Source: Eledone cirrhosa
Lineage: Eukaryota
Reading direction: 5' to 3'
Length of the DNA: 64,000 bases
NCBI GenBank assembly: GCA_964016885.1
Contig: OZ024759.1
Coordinates: 15,624,001-15,688,000, forward strand
Numbering within the stretch: the first letter of the stretch is position 1; each line of letters starts with the position of its first letter. A program made the translations under genes and the position numbers. Under the pieces are notes generated by a model. The model had not been told where the DNA came from. It worked only from the letters and a program-made list of their open reading frames with translations, and searched no databases. Shown one piece after another: positions 58,209 through 64,000 of this stretch.

Positions 58209-58932
58209 ACTAGCAGAAAACCCACCCTTCGGGTGGTTTTCTGCTAACGTGTGTAGTGTGCATATTGATATTATATGCAGAGCGTAATACGATTTCATTT
58301 GATGTATCATATCTATATGTATATATATACATATAGATATGATACATCAAATGAAATCGTGTTACGCTCTGTGTTGCACTCTCTTCTGTAATCAGTAAAG
58401 TAATTCATGATACATTAAAAAAAGACGATATTATGTATAAATTACATTAGGAGAAAATTAGCGACGGAAATATATGAATGTTTATATAAGCGATGTAATA
58501 AATGTTATGATATAACGGGCGCTAACCGGAAGTGTTGACATTTGAAAATTTTAAAGAAGTGGATCTTAAAATAAGTAAAAGAAATATTCATATTTAATCA
58601 AGAGTTACGAAATTTCGTACATAAATTATGTAATATTCATTCATTAATGGGCGGTGGATTGGCAGTATCGGTAGAGGGTCGGCCGCCATGCTTTGACGCA
58701 TAGAGTTACGGCCCTTGCCATTCCGAGTTCGAATCCCGCCGAGGTTAACTTTGCCTTTCATCCTTACGAGGTCGATAAAATAAAGTACCAGTAATGCACC
58801 GGGTAATTGCTGGCCTTGTGCCAAAAGTAGAAACAATTATTTATTCAAAGTAATCCAACTTATTTTACAAACGGGGTAAACAAAATATATTCTGAACGCA
58901 GGACGGCGCTCCTCCCTTTATTATAGTTTAGA
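58209..58932 (+). mobile_element. Helentron-like element copy 3 with a SINE insertion
   Basis: actagcagaaaacccacccttcgggtggttttctgcta hairpin start; colinear with 2574-3065. Confidence 0.65.
58649..58835 (+). mobile_element. Full-length tRNA-derived SINE family A
   Basis: A box tggcagtatcgg 58660-58671; B box gagttcgaatcc 58725-58736; MetaSINE-like core. Confidence 0.9.
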
Positions 58933-59236
58933 TTTTAGACACAAAAACACTTTGGTTAATACAGTCCTGGATACATAGACTTTGTCTGAAATACGAAAAA
59001 GTCAGTGGCAAAAAACGCTCAGAAGAGATGGACAGAAAGTCTTCGGAGAAGAAAGCCCCGTCTCAAGCGACTGTTTAGGCCCTTAACTTCTTACACTAAG
59101 GGGGCCAGGGCCACATCCAGGCCATAAATCATGTGTGCCCTTTTGTGGACATTTAGCCATTCGGAAATCAGAGACTTGATGTGTATTTAAACCAGGTGTG
59201 TGTGTTTTTATTGACAGCATGACCCTCCCGAAGTAT

Positions 59237-59288
<52 letters not shown>

Positions 59289-59290
<2 letters not shown>

Positions 59291-59447
59291 AAGGCGGGTA
59301 AAATTCCCGAGATCCATGGACAAGTTCTCTCCAGCGGTCTCTGTCCCTCATTATCGCTGCCATGTCCTGCGTCTCCAACAGACCAGTGTCTGTCCTTAGG
59401 GCATCAACATACGTTAACCTTGGTCTTCCTCTTCTAGTGTGTCCATG
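59289..59447 (-). mobile_element. RTE LINE extreme 3' fragment
   Basis: [40 protein letters not shown]. Confidence 0.92.
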
Positions 59448-59456
59448 TATATATAT

Positions 59457-59690
59457 GTAAAAGGTAAACAGAAATAACAACACAATCGGTACGGTACACA
59501 ATATATGGAAGGAATATATTAGGTTAACGCTTGAAATAGCAGGAGGAGCGTCTTAACGTTTCGGACGCTAGTCCTTCATCAGCAGAAAGAATGGGAAATA
59601 AGATAGATTGAAGGGATGGGCGGGGTGGAATTGGAAAAATGTCTTCAGGTAAAGATAACAGGTCCTTTCATGTTGACATCTCTTGGAATA
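59457..59690 (-). mobile_element. PLE-like unit with an intact hammerhead core (59551-59586)
   Basis: Minus strand: CTGATGA A GGAC TAGC GTCC GAAACGTT. Confidence 0.78.
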
Positions 59691-59949
59691 CATACATATT
59701 TATTAAAATAACAGATTAAAGTTTAAGTAAAGAATCGCTGGTCTCACACATAACGGGATTTTCTGAAACTAAAAGAAAATCAATCTGTGGACGCAGAAGT
59801 AAATATTATCGAGCCCTCTTCTGGTTTTAGACTTCACATTTATTATTATTACTATATATATATGATAGTCGATTGACTTTCGTCAAATCGGACCGAGGAA
59901 ACAACGTTTCCATTGGTCTTTCCAATTGCTAATACTATCTATCGGTCGC

Positions 59950-60068
59950 AACTCCAGGTAGGAGCAACGTGAAATAAAGTGTCTTGCTCAATGACATAAC
60001 GCATCACCCGGTCCAGGAATCGAACTCACAACCTCACGATTGAGAGTTCAATTCTCTTACCACTCAGC

Positions 60069-60070
<2 letters not shown>
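59950..60070 (-). mobile_element. tRNA-derived SINE family B head
   Basis: Minus strand: tggctgagtggtaag (A box), gagttcgattcc (B box), ttgagcaagacactttatttcacgttgctcc. Confidence 0.8.
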
Positions 60071-60102
<32 letters not shown>

Positions 60103-60103
60103 G

Positions 60104-60135
<32 letters not shown>

Positions 60136-60233
60136 GTATAGATATATATATAGATATATATATATATATGTATATATATATGTATATATATATATATATA
60201 TAAGAACAAAAGATGGTTAAAAGAGTTCCATGT

Positions 60234-60302
60234 ATTTTATTATGCGCATTTCAAAAACAAATATCATCATGCAATAATAGTTGTGTTTTCATCAGATAAA
60301 AT
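60234..60302 (-). ncRNA. Type I hammerhead ribozyme motif with a long stem II
   Basis: Minus strand: ATTTTAT CTGATGA AAACA...TGTTTT T GAA ATGCGCAT A ATAAAAT. Confidence 0.75.
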
Positions 60303-60360
60303 AGGAAGACATGATATGAAGGTTAAAAATCACTTGTGGATAGTGCAGTTTTAAATCAAC

Positions 60361-60464
<104 letters not shown>

Positions 60465-60662
60465 GTATATATAAATATATATGTATATATATATATATAT
60501 ATGGATATATAGGATACTATTTATGGTTATGTATATACTAAAACCTGTTATAGTTATATATACTTTAAACCCTAAATAGTGAAAGACAGTAATTCATTAC
60601 TTTCTTATTACCAGTAAGATAAATAGCTCAATATAACAACATCAATTGATTTACAGAGCAGT

Positions 60663-60978
60663 TATATAGAAATTACATGAATCAAAGTTCAGTTTAAATC
60701 ATTTATTTGCTTACAATTGTTTCCTCCAAAAATGTTGTCCTTTAATATGACTGCAATCTTTGTATGTAAATTGCCATGCTATATTATTATGATGGATTTC
60801 AACCCACTGTGGGTCAATATATACATATGTTTCTATATGTCTCTTGTGTTGAAAAGGAGGTCAAGTATGTAAAAAATCACTAAATAATTGCTCTGAAGAA
60901 TCCAAACCTCGGTTTGGAGGAAACAATTGTAAGCAAATAAATGATTTAAACTGAACTTTGATTCATGTAATTTCTATA
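60663..60978 (+). mobile_element. PLE-like element: inverted partial pLTR + forward hammerhead pLTR
   Basis: 60663-60729 is the reverse complement of 60913-60979. Confidence 0.8.
60888..60936 (+). ncRNA. Canonical minimal type I hammerhead ribozyme motif
   Basis: TTGCT CTGAAGA A TCCAAAC CTCG GTTTGGA G GAA ACAATTGT A AGCAA: 5-bp stem I, 7-bp stem II, palindromic stem III, GUA site. Confidence 0.85.
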
Positions 60979-60979
60979 T

Positions 60980-63176
<2,197 letters not shown>

Positions 63177-63499
63177 ATGGAAAAAAATTTAAAATCAACA
63201 ACCTTTCATAGCGTTGCTATTAGTTTTAGTTTCGTTGTAATGTTTCAGATAAAATCATGACTTCGGGCCGTTTATGTATTTTTAATTATATTTCTGTATA
63301 TATTCGTATAAGGAAAATATCACGTGACATCCACTAGCTCTTGTTTGATATGTTTTATTATATTTTATTTTGAATTATTTATTTTTAGTTTATTTAAATA
63401 TTATCTATTTTGTGAACAATACCGTGGTTATTTTACTTATAGCAGTTCTGCAAACGAATCTATCAATGTTTGGCTATATTTTTGATGGTGGTGAATAAG

Positions 63500-63650
63500 C
63501 AGAATCCTTAGAACATCGAATAAAAGGCTTTGTGGTATTAGTTCAAGCTCTCTGCTCTCTGAGTTCAAATCCCGTCGAGGTCAACTTTGCTTTCATCCAT
63601 TTGAGGTCGATAAAAAGGTACCAGTCTGATACTGGGGTCGATTTTTACTC
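63500..63650 (+). mobile_element. Older SINE with a MetaSINE-like domain
   Basis: gagttcaaatcccgtcgaggtcaactttgctttcatccatttgaggtcgataaaaaggtaccag. Confidence 0.75.
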
Positions 63651-63854
63651 TATATCTCTTTCGCACTCCCATTCTCTTACTCTCTCTTTCATGATACTGG
63701 GGTCGATTTTTACTCTATATCTCTTTCGCACTTTTTACTCTATATCTCTTACTCTCTCTTTCAATCCTTCTCTGTAAGAAATCTGCTGTATTCAGACCTG
63801 GAGGGATTGGCTTCCCCATGTTTCAAAATGCCCTAGAAATGCCGTGTATTATTT

Positions 63855-64000
63855 CTAATCTAATCTAATCTGCCGCCCGAGTTTACGCTTGCAAATAAGA
63901 AAAACCAGGGCCAGCCCTAGGAGCATTGGATTTGGTGTACTTCATATCTGTTTCGGTTGCTGAATACAATCAGGGGTCACTACTTCTCCTGAAGGTCAAT
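63855..64000 (-). mobile_element. 3' end of a second copy of the 48009-48992 element (single unit, (ATTAG)n tail); runs off the window
   Basis: ctaatctaatctaatctgccg..gagtttac..gcaaataaga..ctaggagc..ggatttggtgtacttc. Confidence 0.85.

Noticed and set aside
58649-58740. Possible tRNA gene
   Set aside because: A/B boxes continue into a SINE body present in many copies, some with TSDs; no proper cloverleaf

Overview
Eukaryotic, extremely microsatellite-rich (TA, CA, TACA, GA, trinucleotide) intergenic or intronic DNA. The repeat types resemble an Octopus-like cephalopod genome (inference only). I found no host protein-coding exon I can support, and nearly all long ORFs in the track are microsatellite artefacts. 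Supportable content: one internally deleted RTE-clade LINE (APE endonuclease + RT, about 21.7-24.2 kb, minus strand) with several fragments; a ~600-bp non-autonomous RTE-like element in 3 copies and a ~1-kb relative with a 15-bp TSD, sharing a covarying structured 5' leader; two tRNA-derived SINE families; a Helentron-like non-autonomous element; a mariner remnant; other LINE 3' ends; minisatellites of 96, 42 and ~91 bp; and a 200-N gap. The most striking signal is that many short unique islands between (TA)n tracts are Penelope-like (PLE) pseudo-LTR remnants from several mutually unrelated families. They carry minimal type I hammerhead ribozyme motifs (CUGANGA...GAAA with a palindromic stem III), often form fold-back inverted repeats, and share a 3' tail motif.
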